Assembly (NCBI GenBank): GCA_030390025.1
Contig: CM059432.1
Span: forward strand, 120,530,001 to 120,594,000
Direction of reading: 5' to 3'
DNA length: 64,000 nt
Source: Squalus acanthias
Lineage: Eukaryota
Made by a program: the position numbers and the translations under genes. Positions 61,958 through 64,000 of this stretch are shown here, piece by piece. Position 1 is the first letter of the stretch; each line of letters opens with the position of its first letter. The notes beneath the pieces are model-generated. The model saw only the letters and a program-made list of their open reading frames with translations, searched no databases and was not told where the DNA came from.

Positions 61958-62850
61958 GGGGGAAAAATTCAGTCGCGCCCCATTTGGGGCGCAAATATCG
62001 TCCGGGCGCAAAGATTAGCGCCTGGCGCTAATTATCGCCACTGACTGGAAACTTCACTTTTAATGACCCGGGAGGTGATTGGAGCGCTAAATCAGGCGCT
62101 GCACACCTGTCTTAAGGCGCAAAGGCCGAGGAGTGAGGCGCTAACTCAGAGCGCTGGCGAAGCTCATGTAATGTCAGTCAGCAATGGAACACAAACACAA
62201 TGGCACGGGCCAGTTCTTAAAGGGGATGGTTGATCTTGCTTTCCATCCACATCCTGCTCATTGCAGCCTTGAATCTCGGCCTGGAGAGACCTGCACATCA
62301 AATCTGCTGGAAAGAACAATGGAGAGTACCAGGCAAAGAGCTCAGAGTGCAGCCCCCACAGTCTCTTCTAAATCGATACAAGGAATGGCAAATCAAAATG
62401 AACCTGCAAAGTGCTGCTCAGTACCCAAAACTCCTTCACACAACGTTGAATCTCTCCAGAAGTCTCTCTCACTCTCTCTCAGAATGCGTAGTTCAAAAAT
62501 GGCACCAACAATAAAAGGCAGGAAGCGGTCAACTTTAAATAGCGCTCCCCCTTTCCCTTCATGACAGAAGAACGCTCCTATCAACCTGTCGTTGCTAGCG
62601 TCAGGCGGTAAGGCAGGGGGCGCCACTCAATATCCGCTCCGGGGCGATACCGGGGCGTTGCACACTCGTCTGACGTCACGATCTGCCGGCGCAGGAGATC
62701 GTGGCGGTAGTGTTTAGCGCCGCCGCAAAATGTCTAGTTAATTTCGCGAGCGGCGCAAACTTCGCCGTGCCCGGGCGCTAGCTGCTTTGCGCCCCATTAG
62801 CGCCCTCTTAAGGCGCTACCGGGAGGCGCAACCAACTGAATTTTTCCCCC
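61958..62850 (-). mobile_element. 893-bp non-autonomous Harbinger, reverse-orientation relative of 37640-38532
   Basis: TIRs GGGGGAAAAATTCAGT / ACTGAATTTTTCCCCC; TSD TAT; same length and colinear. Confidence 0.93.
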
Positions 62851-62868
62851 TATATACATATATATCAT

Positions 62869-63529
62869 GGGCCGGATATTCCGATCCCTATGGGTGTGTA
62901 CGGGCTGTGTACACACCTGTAGGGACATCGGAAATGCCGGTTTCAGGCATGCACAGCGCATGCGCTGAAAACTGGCATTTCCGATCTGTCAAGAATGCTC
63001 TTGACAGATTGGACGCCTGCCCGGGAGAAGGGCCTCTGCGGGCAGATAGTTCTGCTTTCTGGATACTCTCTGCCCGCAGAAAACTCTTAGAATTCTTACA
63101 CATTTATCATTTAAAAATACTTTAAAAAAGGTAAGTTTATTTTTAGCCCTGTAAAAAACTTAAATTATTTTTTTCAAAAAATTAAATTTTTGTTTAAAAT
63201 ATTTAATTTATTGTAATTTCAACTAATTTTAGAAATCTGATTTTTAAATTTTTTTATTTAATGTATTAAAGTGTTTTTGGGGTGATCTCCATTCATATAT
63301 TTGACAGGTCTATCTGTCAAGTGTATGAAGGGAGATTCCCTTCTTTGATTGGCTGCCCATGGCCCACGTGATCCCAGGGACGCTTGCGAACCGCATGCGC
63401 CTCTGGGATACGTGGGCCCTGCGCACTTGGAGTTGGAGAAGCCGAGCATCGGAACTATACGCACCTCGGGAGCCCTCAGGTAAGTGCGTAGATTTTTTCC
63501 AGATCGGAGGCACGCGGAAAATACGGCCC
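62869..63529 (-). mobile_element. GGCCC-TIR MITE family, copy E (most diverged)
   Basis: TIRs GGGCCGGATATT / AAATACGGCCC; TSD CAT/TAT; retains both hairpins and the ATTGG...CACGTG module. Confidence 0.8.
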
Positions 63530-63689
63530 TATATTGCTGTTTTAAGCATTATATTTGCAAAGACTATTGGCAATTTCAATGCAAGCATTAACCTCTTTAT
63601 TTTAAGTTCCTGGCATGTCCATTTAAAAATACTCTTGAAAAAAATTATTCGTACATTGACACCTGTTGATCTCCCAGAACCAAATCCAT

Positions 63690-63865
63690 GGGGGTTAATT
63701 TGGACTTTGTGCACCCGTGTAAAACGTGCGATAGCGAGTCGGGAGCCCAGTTTACGTCTCTCCCGCTTGACTTCAATGTAAATAAAAATCGGGAGAGATG
63801 TAAAACAGGCTGCCGATTCACTATCACCCGTTTTACACTGTCGCACAAAGTCAAGATCTACCCCC
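63690..63865. mobile_element. Fold-back Harbinger-like MITE
   Basis: GGGGTTAATTTGGACTTTGTGC...GTGTAAAACG / CGTTTTACAC...GCACAAAGTCAAGATCTACCCC. Confidence 0.7.
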
Positions 63866-64000
63866 CTGATGTCCGCTGAATATCTGAGCCACATGGATAA
63901 CACATTTTACTGGCGTTGCATATCCAGCTGACTACATTTCTTGCTAGATCTAGAACCAGAGTCTGAAAAATCAATTAAAACATACTCAATTGCATTTCAG

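Overview
Vertebrate genomic DNA, probably from a cartilaginous fish (inferred from the DeuSINE, CR1, L2 and Penelope families present). It is dominated by nested transposable elements. Five PIF/Harbinger elements carry convergent transposase and Myb/SANT genes. One (52069-56150) appears fully intact, with a 383-aa DDE transposase and a 3-exon, 459-aa Myb/SANT gene. That element and an 893-bp non-autonomous relative (37640-38532) sit at the same nucleotide, in the same orientation, in two separate copies of a hammerhead-ribozyme-bearing Penelope terminal repeat. A five-copy MITE family of about 660-770 bp carries two hairpins with compensatory substitutions, an E-box/CCAAT module and same-strand AGGTAAGT splice-donor motifs. 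Also present: a gag-pro-env LTR element lacking RT/IN, a short-LTR Gypsy element, CR1/L2 LINE pieces, SINEs, a 4.2-kb 30-bp minisatellite with higher-order periodicity, and three putative terminal exons of an unidentified host gene. All calls come from reading the sequence; no database searches were run.
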